Source: Utricularia gibba
Lineage: Eukaryota; Plantae; Magnoliophyta
Reading direction: 5' to 3'
DNA: 64,000 nucleotides
Assembly: GCA_002189035.1 (NCBI GenBank)
Contig: CM007990.1
Span: forward strand, 62,001-126,000
The first letter of the stretch is position 1, and each line of letters starts with the position of its first letter. Shown in pieces: positions 36,965-55,132 of the stretch. The translations under genes were made by a program, and so were the position numbers. The notes beneath the pieces are model-generated. The model was not told where the DNA came from, searched no databases, and saw nothing but the letters and a program-made list of their open reading frames with translations.

Positions 36965-38218
36965 CTAGAGGAGAGCAGGCCAATTGTATGGAGTCATCAT
37001 CGCCGGGTTCGAGTAGTCATCCACATGCATCAAGTAGTTGCTGCTGTTGTTGTTGGTGCCGTTGCATTCCGAGATTTGGTGAACATTGCTGCCGTTGTTG
37101 GTAACCGGCGGTGCATCGGAGCTCAGAATCGACGTGCTCTCCACGGTCTCTTCGCCGGAAACACCCGGGGAAATCTGCTTCTTCCCTGTCTGATCCTTCA
37201 GCAGCGCTCTAAGCGCCATGACCTAACAGTTATGCACACACGTGCTCATTCTTTTATTCAACTCTAAACACCATGATCCATCAAACTAACATATGCACGT
37301 TTCATACCTCTTGCTGAAGCTTCTGTTTCTCTCTAGTAACAGCATCCAGCTCCTGCTTAAGCGCATCGTACAGGTTTTCGAGTTGTTTCGCCTTCCACCG
37401 GGCTCGTCGATTCTGGAACCAGACGGCGATCTGCCTCGGCTGCATCCCCAGCTCTTTAGCCAGCTTCATTTTCCTGTCGGGGTCGAGTTTGATCTCTTCT
37501 TGAAAGCTGTTTTCAAGGGACTCCAACTGCTCAGTGCTGAGGCGCTTCTTCTTCAAGTCCTGGCCATAAATGTTCATGCAACCGTTGCCTTTTCCAGTTA
37601 AACTTGGAAGCATCTGCGTTGCCGAGAGAGATGGCTGCTTCATCTCTAACCCTGACAATGAACAACAGCAACAACAAGTCGTGCGTGCTGCATTGAGCTA
37701 TCTTCTAACACCCCTTCTTCGACTGAAACACATTGTTCACTAAATGGAGAGAGGTAAAAAGCTGATTCATTGGGAAATGGTTGCTGGTCTAGGTTATCTA
37801 TCGTTGCTTTCAGAGTTTTTATTGCATCTAGACAATCAGACAAACTAACTGAACAAAGAAGAAGTGTAAGAAGGAGAAGAAGGCAAGGGTTGTGTAATCA
37901 TTTCTGCCCTGATCTGACACCTTAATCAATACAAAAAAAGGAACAGCTTTTCATATCTTAACATGTGCTGCTTCTCATCACAGACTCGACATTAACTTCC
38001 TCTTAATGAAAGAAAGAAACAAGCAAACCCTTCTCCATTTCATCCGCTGAGAAACCCTAGTTTCAAAAAGATTTGAAAAGAACAAGCAAAAACAACATTG
38101 TGTTACCAGGGAACTGATGATCATAGGTGTAATTGTAGAGGAAACTGAAGGAACTCTCTGGCCTCATCCCGAAACCCGGCAGCCTGTAGCCCTCATTGTT
38201 CCAATCCATGCTCGCCAT
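36965..38218 (-). CDS. LMI1: HD-Zip class I transcription factor, LMI1/ATHB51/ATHB22 clade, 3 exons
   Basis: [59 protein letters not shown] plus a leucine zipper. [13 protein letters not shown] is typical of the LMI1 clade (recalled). Confidence 0.85.
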
Positions 38219-40154
38219 ATCTTCCACAGAAAGCACAGGGAAAAAAGAAGCTGAAGAAGACGCTGCTTGCTTTCTTGAGAAACTCACAATCTACAACACT
38301 ATCTACACCATTCACTATATATATAGGATGAGAAGACAAAGGACCACTAGAAAGAAGCTAGAGAGAGAGAAGGAGAGGTTAAATTTCGTCTTCCCTTTTG
38401 ATGAAAATGATAAAAGAGTGAATGAATCCAATGATCCCATTTTACCTCCCAACTTTGGATGCAAGCAATAAATGGAGGGACCTGTGTGTTGCAGTGTGCG
38501 CTTAGAGAATTAGAGACATATAATAATAATAACCATAACTATAAAACTGGACATGGAAGATTGAAGCTTGTGTTGGTTGGGAAAGAGTTGAAATAGCAAG
38601 CAAAAGTCGCAATCCGGTCCCCCTTTTCCTCTCTGACAATGTGCCTCACGCCTCCCTCTCCTATATTCAATTCCTGTACCTGGGTTTCAATTTTTTTCTT
38701 TTCGTTCATAAACCCTCTTTTTATCCATTCATCACCCCACTTCACCAATTTCCCGCTGCAAGAACGGAACCCAAGGATACTCGGATATGAGAAAAGGGTG
38801 AAATTTGATATGACTTGTTAATAGTTGTGTTAATCTAGACCTTCTCAAGATGATTCCGCAGATGAAATAGTGTGAGCTCTCGGGTGTGAAGCATGAAAGT
38901 TACAAGAAATTGAGAGTCTGGGAGTTTGCTTGTTTTCTTTTCTTGTTTTAATGTGGAGCAGTTCAAAATGAGTGGTTTGCACCAGAAATCTCAGTGAACG
39001 ACCCATTTCCACTGGTGCTCCATTTAAAGCAACCTGCAATCACACGGACTCCGGAGAGCGTCACTGTGATCTCCTCCCATCAGGTCATCCATATCCATGG
39101 ATATATATATAGTTTGGCAACAAACAGTAGGTAATTCCTCCGAGTTAAAAATGAGGAAACCAGCTCAGTTACATGCGAAGGTATCCATGTCTCACTGATG
39201 CGAAGATACAGGCAGTGTATGAAAGCTGAAACCCCTGTTTTTTTCACTCTTCAGACACCACTGCTTCATCGCACGTTGTAATATAAAAAAAAGAAAAACT
39301 AGAAACGGGAACGACAACACATGATAATCAGTTGCTGAAAACCATGTTTTTAAACCTCCAACTCCCTGCCCGGAAATTCAGCACAGTACACGCTTCGTAA
39401 CAGTGATGCAAAATAATTAAATTATCTGGTTTTACTGGTGAAGGACGGTGGCTATAAATGGCACAGCCCGTTCATCAAATAGCTACCTAGCCGCGTGTTT
39501 GGAAAGTGAGGTCATAAATTTGAGGTCGGCCAACATGCTATTACTCTCCTATCTTCTTCTCCATTTTTCTTTCTTTGCCTTTCTATTTTCATAGTGACAC
39601 CATATCACCACACAGTATCTTTTTTCGCGTATATCGTTTATAAAGCTTGGTGTACGTGTTAATGCAATGCAGTGCTGCTACTGCATGCTTGCTTGCTTCT
39701 GGAACGTAGCACCCTCTTGAGATGAGCCCAGGGCATCAGTCGTCAAGGAGGAGAGAATTATTACTGGCCAGGAGAATCCGCCTGTGACCAAAATTGGATG
39801 AGTCCATAAATATGTTCATAAATAAGAGACGCGCACAAGGCCAATTTCGAAGTCTGCGCATTCCAATGCACGTCCAATAAACCGAATCATCTGAAAAAAA
39901 AAAAAAGCACTTCGAGAGATGCAGAAAGGCCTCGAAATGAGCTCATGGTGCAACTCTCTGTCGTAGTTCATGAGTTGGGACTCATCCAAGAAGCATTCTT
40001 TCGTTATGCGTACCAAAAAGAGTGAATAGACTAGAAGCTGTGCTGAGATGAATATATTTCGTCTTTATTTTAATCCAAAGACGCATCAAAAGTCAGGCGG
40101 CATCCAGTTTTGGGACTTTGGGTGCTGCAAGCTTGTGAACGAAACTAAGAGAAC

Positions 40155-43100
40155 TCAGTCTTCGAGCTCGATGATCTTTACTACAGAAGCATCTCCCACT
40201 TTCTGGCAGACAACCACACGGTCATGGGACTTGATCACACCCGCAGCCTTTCCGTGGTCGAGTGCCACCTTGAGAACTGATTCGTTGGTTGCATTCGTCG
40301 ACTCCGCCTGCGGCCCACAACCCCGGTAATAGAAAGTTCGAATAACATTGAATGAATGCAGTAAGAACAAACATCTTACAGGATGCCGAGGATCAGCAAG
40401 TAGTGGGAAAAGGCCTCTAATTATGAGCGACTGCCTTGCCTGGAATCAAGAAACACACATGATGATTCAGTAATTCACTCACAATGATCAACACAAAGGG
40501 GGGAAAAAGAGCACCTCAAAGGCACCAGTGAAGCTCCATTTCAGCTGATTCGACTTGAGACGGGGGATGACAACGGATATAACAGGCATCGTTGGCCTGT
40601 ACTTTGCAATCAATCTGGATTTGAAGGAAATGGTTTATGGACATGAAGCACTAAAACAGTAGGAAATTTTTATGTGCGTAACATTTTACTCCAAGCTACC
40701 TAGCAGCCCTTCCGGATGAGGTAAAACATATTATAACAGAAGCTTTTACTTTGATGGCAGCACGGACCTACCAAGAAGTTAGTACATTAGTCATAAACAA
40801 GATGGATACGCAAAGACAGAATGGAGTGTACTTTTTTTTTTTCTTCCTGCTATCATTTTGAAAGGAAACTTACTGCAGAAGATGCGATGGCCTCCAAGTG
40901 AATCATGGGTTCACCAACAAATTTTACAGTCTTCCTGAAGAATTCATCTTGATCGAAAACCTTTTCAGACTATAAAAAACCCGTGTCAGTAAATAAATTG
41001 TGAAGACATAATATGAAAGAACAATGAAAAATTGAAAATTGAAGCATTAGAGCTGTTTTGTACTTCAGCACAAATTTTTCCAACGGTAGCAATAGTTTCT
41101 ATAGGGTATAATCCTCGCAGTGTTTCGGCTCCAAGGAGAATCGCATCACATCCTGAAACATAACAGTTGAATGTAGACAGTCCATAGACAGTATGTAGAA
41201 CAGTAATTCATATGTTCACTCCCCCTCTGTTCCACCAATAATTCAGTTGCAGTAAAGAAAAAAACATGGCATGTTCAAAGTTGACTTTAAAATCCAGGCC
41301 ACTAATCTAGTTGTCCTGTCCTACCATGAATCCTTTTTTTTATCAAAAAATTCACGATGCTAAATTTACCATCCAAAACAGCATTGGCAACATCAGTAGC
41401 CTCTGCACGTGTAGGCCTGAGATTTTCGGTCATGCTATCAACAACACGAGTTACCACTGCTGGCTTTCCAGCCATGTTACATTTGTAGACGGCAGATTTC
41501 TGGAAATAAAAAACCTGCAAGAACAGAATAAGCATATCTAGTAACTGCTCTAAATAGAAAAGTAAAACTACATGACAATGTAAAAAATCAAGTGACAAAT
41601 CATAGAAGTTTTTCTATGCTCCACTTTACAAGGGAGAAAAAGACAAAAAAATGGCAGTGGTGTAGCTTAAGTAACCTTCTCAGGAGGGAGATCAATCCCA
41701 AGGTTTCCACGAGATAAGATGATGCCGTTTGCCTCTTTAAGGATCTCATCGAAATGTTCTAGACCCTGAAGGCATGGGAGAATCAATCAAAAACGACTCA
41801 GTCATTCATCCACACAAGATATAATCATCTAAAGCGATAATAACAAAGGTTTCAAGTTCACCTCAACAGTTTCTATCTTAGCAAATATTTGAGTCTGGCT
41901 TAGATCACCATAGTTGGACAGAAACTTTCGAGCCTAGGAAGCATCAAGTATCTTAGGGAGTAGAATAGTAATAAAACCAAATTGAAGAAGCATATAAAAT
42001 AGTAACATGTTTTTGTAGCTTACCTCACGAACATCCTCTGCACGGCGTGTATAAGATAATGACAAGAAGTCTATCTTGTTCTTAGCACCCCATGAGCTAA
42101 TAACCTGTGTAGACTGACGTCTTAGCAGAAGAACTGAACACCATTAAGAATGAAGTGGGCCACAAGAACCAAGAATCCACTATATCATCCTTTGACATTA
42201 AAAAAAAGGAAAATAAAATGAAAGGAAAAACACTGCAACCGAAAAACATAACTTCATACAAACAGTGAAATTAAAAAAAATCTCATTTTTTCAAACCTGT
42301 CATGTATAAATCGAACATCAAAATTTTCGAATTCTCACCTCCTTATCCTTCTCAGATAGAGTGGGCAAATCAATGCGAATTTGAGAAGCATGCAAGGTGA
42401 ACAAGGATCCAGACAATGTGGCTGAATTCTTGATCAAACATACTATATCATCACCATTTACTTCATTCACCTTGATGCAGAAACCGCAATTTCAATGAAT
42501 AAAAACAGTAAAGACCGGCCTCAGGGCCACAAATAAACGAAAAATCTGTGTCCAGGTTATCAACCTCGAGCCAAACTGAAGTAGTCTCGCTTCCTGTGAA
42601 CAGGTATTGGCCGACAAAAATAGTATCCCCCTGCTTCACAGCCTGCAGAATCAGAAGAGTAAGAGGTGTAGGATAGTTAGATTAACAGAATCATATGAAA
42701 AAATCACATTATAATAACTCATAGCTGAAAAAAATGCTGAAAAATGCAGAAGAAATATGAGTAATATGCAAGCAGCTCCACCTTAGCTAACCCCACAAAG
42801 TTGATTGGAAGTAGTTCGGATGACGCTTCCTGTCCTTGATCGGGTGTCAGAACGACTTTTTCATCTATCTTCAACGTTATTGCTTTTTCACTTTTATTGA
42901 TCACTTGTAACTCAGGTCCGACAGTATCCAGCATGATCTAACCAGAATTATATAGATAAAACAAGGCAAAAATAAACCAATCAAAAACTGAATTCCCGAA
43001 ACAGTTGCATATCAGCCTTAAATCCCTCAGTCAGCTTAACAAGTAAAACAAAGAAACACGTACGGCACAGAGTTTCCTAGAGCTCTTCACAGCAGCCCTC

Positions 43101-43469
43101 AAATTCTCTAGAGTCTCCTGATGATACTCGGCATCGCCCCACGAAAAATCAAATCTTGATACTGCCCACAACAACTAAACGATAAGTCGAATCTCTCATC
43201 AAACCAAGGCAGAATATTGACTCGATTACCAGACATCCCAGCTTTGAGACAAGCAGAAATAATCTCAACAGATCGAGAACGTGGACCCAACGTCCCAACA
43301 ATCTTCGTCAATGCAGGAAAAAAACCCTGCAATCCCAAATCATATCCATATAATCCAGATCTAACACCCCAAATTCCAAATACGGGAAACAGTCACTCAC
43401 CGATTTAGATGGTTCCAGAATGGAAGCCATCCGTATTGGCTCCTCGAGCAACAGATGATTCGAATGCAT
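40155..43469 (-). CDS. Cytosolic pyruvate kinase, multi-exon
   Basis: [85 protein letters not shown]. Confidence 0.95.
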
Positions 43470-44408
43470 GTTTGGATGAAGCTTCTGGTCTGCAAAACTT
43501 GGAAAAGAAAATGGCAAGCAGGGAGAGGTTCGCTGATTGCTCCTTCCTTCAGCGTAGCGTGATCTTACAGTCAAGCACACCACAATCCACGGCCCACCAT
43601 TGCTTCATTACTGTGCAATATTTTATTCAAAAAATATATATTCGACGTTTTTCTGTCGACAAGCTCAGAAGAAAACCACCATAGAAAAGAATTGGAGGAA
43701 TAATAAGCGGCATATCCCTCGCCAAAGGTACACAGAAAAGAAAAAAAGCCAGAACTCGGTTTTTGAGAGGACCACCGGAAGTTAAGTGACATATCTAACC
43801 TCTAAATCATGTCTTTATTGGTGTGTGAATGCACTCATAAATTAATAAAATAAAAGTTTTATTGCAAGGTTTGACTTTTCTTGTATAGCACAAAAGTGAT
43901 TGATCAGACAAAAAAAAGAAAAGAAAATGATCATTTTTTTCATGTTGTAATGCATTTTCGTGACAAAAACAATAAAACTATTAAAATACAAAGTTAAGAC
44001 AAGGCTTCGATCTCCTGCGGCTGCACGTTTGGGTGAGCGTGACATAGAATCCCATGGGCGGCCTACCCCTACCCTCCTCTGCATCAGTATTCAATCATGC
44101 CATGCCGTGTTCACCAGTGCCAAATGACATCACCGTGATTAATTTATATTGCATAAATCATCATTTTTTCCGGATAATAAAAATTCATTTCTTATTTCAA
44201 AATTTAAAAACTAATAATGAATATGCTGTTTTTAATCGATCATCTAATAACGGCGTGAAAATCAACGGCTGGCATTGCCCGGATTCTTCCACAAATAGGT
44301 GGGTGAGTTGCGGTCCCTTCGCCTATTTCTAGAACCTCGCTGAGGCCGCCGTTCTCAGTTTCAACCCTCCGCTCTACAGATCTCGTTTTCTCCCTTTCTC
44401 TGTGCGTA

Positions 44409-47176
<2,768 letters not shown>

Positions 47177-47669
47177 GAGGAAGACCAGTCACTATCTGGT
47201 TCCCTTCCTGCCCCGCGGATTAATAAAAAAAGGATGTGTCCAGACCGCCTTTGCGTATGCGTCTGAATAATTTATGTATGCCGCTGCTGTACTTCTCCAA
47301 GTTTTGCAATGCCCTTTCAACGCAGCTTTATCAACCATTCTAAGGTGTTCAAGTTTTATTTTGGGGGTGCAATCCTATTAATTTCCAAGGGAAACATCAT
47401 GCTCCTATATTTTCCCAAAAAAGAAAAAGGGCGTCAAAATAAGCCATTGAAAATCCAAGGATTCATCGAAGTACGACAAGGATAGGAACGAGGTGACATG
47501 ACAAAATCATCCGTGACGAATGAAGTCATCAAGGACAAGCTGCTAACAAGCAAAACTCTGGAAAAATGTAACGAAGTCCGAGCCCTCCCAACTCTGGATT
47601 GTCAGCTGAACTCATGGTGATAACCAGCAAAACTCTCCTACGGAGAATGAGCGAGGCAGCGAGGCGCCA

Positions 47670-49400
47670 TTACCATTTACTTCCAGCAGAATGCTTAGCC
47701 TTGTTGTGAGATTCAAGGGCTTTATCAGAGTTAAAGTTCCTGTGCCACACCAAATCAGCGTCGATATTGTTTCCAATACTGAATTCAAGTTCATAATCAT
47801 GTTACAAACCTTTTGCAGCTATTGCAGGTGTGAGCGCCAGCAGATTTCTGTCCCACTTGATCCGGCTTTTCACCGGGTGCTTTTTTACCAGTTTGCTTTG
47901 CTGGATGAGGAGTGGCTACATGCACACCTGCTTTTTTGCTATCTGAAGGATACCACAAAGCTCGCCTGAGTTCTTAGTAGACGTAACACATTGAGAATGG
48001 ATGCCGTAGATGACTCTACACAGGCCAAAGAAAAAACATTACCAGTTTTCTGAGGAGTGACCAGCTTTGCCTTCTTACCCTGAACAGGGGTTTTTGAAGC
48101 TGGTTCTGCAGCTCGCTTCTTGCTAGGCACCACCTTCTTTGGTGTCTCTTCATCACTTTCACTGGAGTCCTCGTCATCATTCTAAAAGTAAATGAGAATT
48201 AGCAATCTCAAAGTTTTCTGTACGCTCAAAACAAAACAGGTTTTTCCATTTAAGGAATACCATCATGAGCAGAACCACGAACACTATGTTTCATGCAATA
48301 CCTCATCGTCATCATCGTCCTCTGACATTGAATCGCCATCACTAATCTCATCGCCCACCTTCGAGTTTCCACTTTTCTTGTCTTTGAGAGAATTCGCTTT
48401 TCCAGTTCCCAACGACTCCTGTGGCGTAGGTTTCAAAGCGGGTTTCCCTGAATGCAATTTATAATCTCAACTCAGCATGAATCATTTGAAAAGGCATTTA
48501 TGTAACAGACATACCATTATCAGCAACAACGTTTGGTTTATCATCCTCGGAGTCTGAGTCAGATTCATCTGAAAGGAATAAAAGAAATAAACTAACAAGG
48601 CATGAAGGTAAAGTAACAGGACATAAAATGTAGGAAAACACGAAGTGGTATAATACCAGTGTCTCCTTCAGGGAACTCGGTGATCACGGAAGGGAACAGG
48701 GTGAAGGAAAATAAAAAACCTCAACATGACAAGAATGTGAATGTACAGAAACTAAAGAATTTCACGGCGCAAAGGATATTCATCATCAAGTATGTTGTCA
48801 GCTATGTAACCATAAAAGTACACGCTTCCACTCTTCCAGTTGTGAGAGATCTCGAAATCCCTGTCAAATACTAAGTCAAACTGTTGCTGCGGCAGTTTAT
48901 CTGCGAACAGGGTTCCTAGGCCTAATTTCGATCCGTCAACATTAACAGACAGGTAGACCGATTCACCACTTTTCTCCTTCTTCACCTCACCAAGACACGC
49001 CTGAATATAAATAGCATAACAAGCTCTATTATATAACAAGCACTAATTTTAAACAACGTTACTTCATAAATAGTGATTTTTTTAACCTGGGAAAGATGCA
49101 AAACCCTTCCAAAACCTGGCGTCACCTTGAGAGGCTCTCCACTTTTCACCTCAACACCTGAAACAAAGAAAAAAAATGCTTAGAATGAATACATACCACA
49201 AGGCTGCCGCGCTCAGGAATTTATTCGAAATCAAGCAACACCGATAATGTGAAGAAAACACAAATGCTGATTAATGCAGGCGACTTGCAGATGAAGCTTA
49301 AAAATCGTATAAATCAGAAAACGCAATGAAAGACGATTCATGGCTACAGGATAAAACAAACAAAACAAAAAAGAGAGAGAAGCGAACCCCAGAACTCCAT
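47670..49400 (-). CDS. Plant-specific HD2 (HD-tuin) histone deacetylase with a C-terminal C2H2 zinc finger (HD2A/HD2C type)
   Basis: MEFWG N-terminus, GVEVKSGEP, LHLSQA, QFDLVFDRDFEISH, an acidic D/E tract, and HTCNSCK/RNFNSDKALESHNKAKH. Confidence 0.92.
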
Positions 49401-49748
49401 CGAAGCTGAGCACGATTGACAGTGAGCGAGCGGCGAGATGTAAGAAGGCGTGTAGGGCTTTAGGATTTATAGAAGTAAGGTTTTAGCGCCGATTACCTTG
49501 TTGGGCCTGATGACAATGCCAGCTTTTAATATCCATTTAAAGGTGTTAGGCCCAACAGCTGAAACAAATTTAGAAAAAGGGATGGGGAAACCTTGTTTGT
49601 TTTTAATGGTGGACCTGATTTGCCCCTACCGTACGCCGAGTCTAGGAGCCAGACTTGGTTGAGCCCGGGCCCGGGGCGGGGCAGGGCAGACCACCAGGAA
49701 AAGGTGGTCCAGGCATGCTTTAATTACTTTTTACCCTCCTAATCCCGC

Positions 49749-49805
49749 TGCATTTGCATTTGCATTTGCATTTGCATTTGCATTTGCATCTGCATTTGCA
49801 TTTGC
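49749..49805. repeat. Hexanucleotide microsatellite (TGCATT)n, about 9 copies
   Basis: tgcatttgcatttgcattt... with one variant unit (tgcatc). Confidence 0.9.
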
Positions 49806-50806
49806 TTGCACACGGTGCCCCCATCTCATCCTCTGCGCTCCATTGAAACTAGTTGGCAATGGCAGGAGCGTGGCTGCTCGCTGCTCGCTGCTTTGGAGTG
49901 CGCGCAAGTGTCGTAGGATCGGGGCATCGACCCAGAGAATGTAGAGATCCAACTACAATCATTGCAGAAGACAAGGAAGCGTCATCATCATCCCTCCCAA
50001 TCCCCATTCTGTGGTACTCGTTGCTGCCTTGGCAAGATTGATGATTGTGGCAAGGCACACTATCCGCAGCAGCGCTCTAAGGAACAAGGCATCGGCAGAG
50101 CAGTGAGCAGTCCCACCATCGCAAATGGGAAATGGTGCACTGCGCTGCGCTGCGCCCCTCTTTCCTCTCTCCCGTCGTCGTCCTGGATTTGGTGTGAGCG
50201 GAGACATCCCCCGACACATTCTGTAACAAAATCCTGAGCCCTTTATACGCAACATCACATCCTGTTCGAGTAATGCTCAAGTCAAGGGCCCCCTCACTCC
50301 CGATTCCTGCACTGTGGAGTGTGCTGCTGCTGTGTCTCGCGCACATACATAACTTAGCTCCCTCGTAATACATTTAATACATAAGTGCTACCACACGGCG
50401 TTGTAACGGGGCAAATCTATCATCTCTTCTTGAGTCATCACCACAGGCACAGGCACAGGACGGCGGTAAGTAGCGTCACAAAGCAAAAAGTAAAGGCAAG
50501 AATAACGGAATCGGGTCAAACATCACAAGGTAACTGCTTCGGTGCACTACACTAACGGCCTCCCCTGAATCCTTAAATGCATGTATTCATGAGTCGTGAT
50601 TTTCTGTTAGAACCAACTCGCAGTCGCTGCTCCCCTCTTCTTCTTCCGCCTCCCCGTTTTCGCTTTCGGTTACAAACCAGGGAAACGCCGAGGCTTCCGA
50701 CATGTTTCGCCGATGAAGCCAAACATCGATAGCGAGCAAACCGCAAATCTCATCTACCCTTTGTCCATCTTCTCTTCCTCGCTCTGTTTCTGACCTCGAT
50801 TCCGCA

Positions 50807-51711
50807 ATGAAGAGCGTCGCCGTGTGTTACAGCGAACACGCGATCAAGATCTCCGACGCCTACTGTTCGGGCCCATCGAATATCATCTACAGCTCTTCGA
50901 GGTTACCCAATTCCGTATGCGACGTCGTTACGTCGCTTTACACGGTGAAACTCTCCACCGGGGACCGGTTCCTCGTCGGATTCACATGGAAGGAAGGGAT
51001 GAAACCCGGGTTTTCCATTGGAATCTGCGATTACTCTTTCCCCTTGTCCGATTTCTGCAAAAATTACAGAATCGCTGGAAGTCACGCGGCGCCAAGATCT
51101 TCGAGTTCGGTCGCTGGAGATTTGAGGTGATATGGGATCTTTCTCGCGCAGAGTACGACTCCTCTGGGCCCGAACCAGTGTCGCGATTCTACATAATTAT
51201 TCTAGTGAACTCGGAACGGAGATTGATTATCGGAGACGATGCCAATGGACCAGAACTGAAGAAGCAGAGCAGTTTTGATATGGGATTTTCCTTGATTTCT
51301 AAAAGCAAGCATTTTTCCGGGAACTCCGTGTACTCAACGATGGCGAGGTTTTGCCACACCGGATCTGTTCACGAGATCGTGATCAAATGCGGGGACGATG
51401 CCGGCGGCGTGACCAGCCAGCACCGCCCTGCTCTGTCCGTGTTCATAGATAAGAAGTGCGTGATTCAAGTGAAACGACTAAAATGGAATTTCAGAGGGAA
51501 CCAAACGGTTTTCATCGACGGGTTCGTTGTGGATTTGATGTGGGATGTTCATGACTTGTTCTTCAACCCCACGGGAGGCTGCGGAGGAGTATTTTTGTTC
51601 AGGACAAGGAGCGGGTCCGACAGTAGGTTGTGGTTGGAGGAGAGTAACAAGAACTCCGGTCGACCGGAGTTTTCTCTGCTGATTTCCGTTAGCAAGAATC
51701 ATCCCGGCTGA
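50807..51711 (+). CDS. DUF868 family protein, single exon, with one apparent 1-nt deletion
   Basis: The N-terminus MKSVAVCYSEHAIKISDAYCSGPSN is in one frame. EVIWDLSRAEYDSSGPEP, KRLKWNFRGNQTVFIDG, DLMWDVHD and FLFRTR are in the -1 frame; the switch lies at about 51030-51080. Confidence 0.88.
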
Positions 51712-52420
51712 CTGGATCATGTCCATAAAGGAAGCCACGTGCCTCCTCTCCAGTGCCAAATTTCGAACGGCGGTTGCTTGTGTGCCAGGTTCATGGATTT
51801 GACGCTTCAGCTTGTAGCTTTTAAGTCGCCCAATCAATTTCATTTCCTCTTCTTCTTCTTCTCCTTCTCGTGTGTGCAATGCAATGCATTAGTGTCGCTT
51901 TGGACCATTCTAATTCCTTCAAAAAGTTAAACCCGGTCGAAGCTCCCTACTTTAGTCACGTGATTTCCTATCGAGGCCCAATCCCAAGTAGACAGATTAT
52001 TGGGCCGTATCAAGCCCATTCAGCACACGCAGTTGGCCCTAAACCCTTGCCATGAAATATATTAATTTTGACCATAGATGAAATCCTTTATTTTTCAACA
52101 GCAAGATGCTTTCCACACTTGCGCTACGTACCCACATGAACCGTTCCGCTGCACGAAGTATTTTAATCATTAAAAATCATATTAACAGTCAAGGTTCAAT
52201 GGGGATATCGGGCGGAGCCGCCGCGAGAGTTTCAGACAGGCAGACAATGGCTCACAACGCGTTGAAGCGACTGGATGGGCGACACCTCCTGGCACATGGT
52301 CAATGCTTCTAGAACATCATCTACCTCCCTGGCTGACGTGTATATATATGATTTGCAGGAATGAGGGGGTACACAACGCAATCCTAGCAGCTTCTCCCTT
52401 TGTTTGCTTTCACTGATCAG

Positions 52421-54459
<2,039 letters not shown>

Positions 54460-55060
54460 GTCATCCATCATCATCATCTGTTGGTTATTACAATACAGCT
54501 TGAGGTCTGGTATTCCTGGCGTAAGAATTAGACACCCAGTCGCATGTAGAAGAAAACTTACCCCACAAGAAAATAATAATATTTCAGCATCCTTAGGACC
54601 GTAAACAGCTATGGCACCCACCTCCACCCTCGCTGGCATATCATCATCATTTAAACAGCCATTTACAGAGCATTAGCCGGTCTGGTTCTACAGATCCAAA
54701 GCATCCAACTTTTACTCCAGATTTCTGCGTAATAATCATCATGTTTCTTACAAAAAAAAGGCCAAAACGTTCGTTGCTAGGGGATGTAGAGTTCGAACTT
54801 CAACGAACCTCATCTATGGTGTCTTTGAATTTAAACGAGTGATGATTGATGAATCGAGAGTCTTGCATGGAATAATACCGATTGTTGACTGTGTGTAATT
54901 TCCTGCTATTTCATCATCTCCAACAAAAAAAGAAGAGGAAGATTGGAATTCAGTGGTGCAATAAACAAAGTATTTATTTAAAAAATGCACTAGATGAAAG
55001 GAGGGGAACTGTACCTTTCCATCCATCGGAGGAAATGATGCGCTCATTCTGATTTGAATC

Positions 55061-55097
55061 ACGCGCGTGAAGTCAAAACGCCTACCACACTATAAAT
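55061..55097 (+). promoter_or_regulatory. CGCG box (CAMTA-type) and TATA box of the IQM gene
   Basis: ACGCGCGT at 55061-55068 and TATAAAT at 55091-55097, about 40 bp upstream of the ATG at 55133. Confidence 0.35.
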
Positions 55098-55132
55098 TTA
55101 GCCCATTAGCACCACACTTCGTCCTTCACTCC

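Noticed and set aside
49731-50258. Overlapping ORFs, including an ANANAN repeat ORF, and a small TGCCTTG/CAAGGCA hairpin; weak miR408-5p-like words
   Set aside because: The ORFs derive from a microsatellite and GC-rich low complexity with no recognisable family, and the hairpin is too short for a pre-miRNA.
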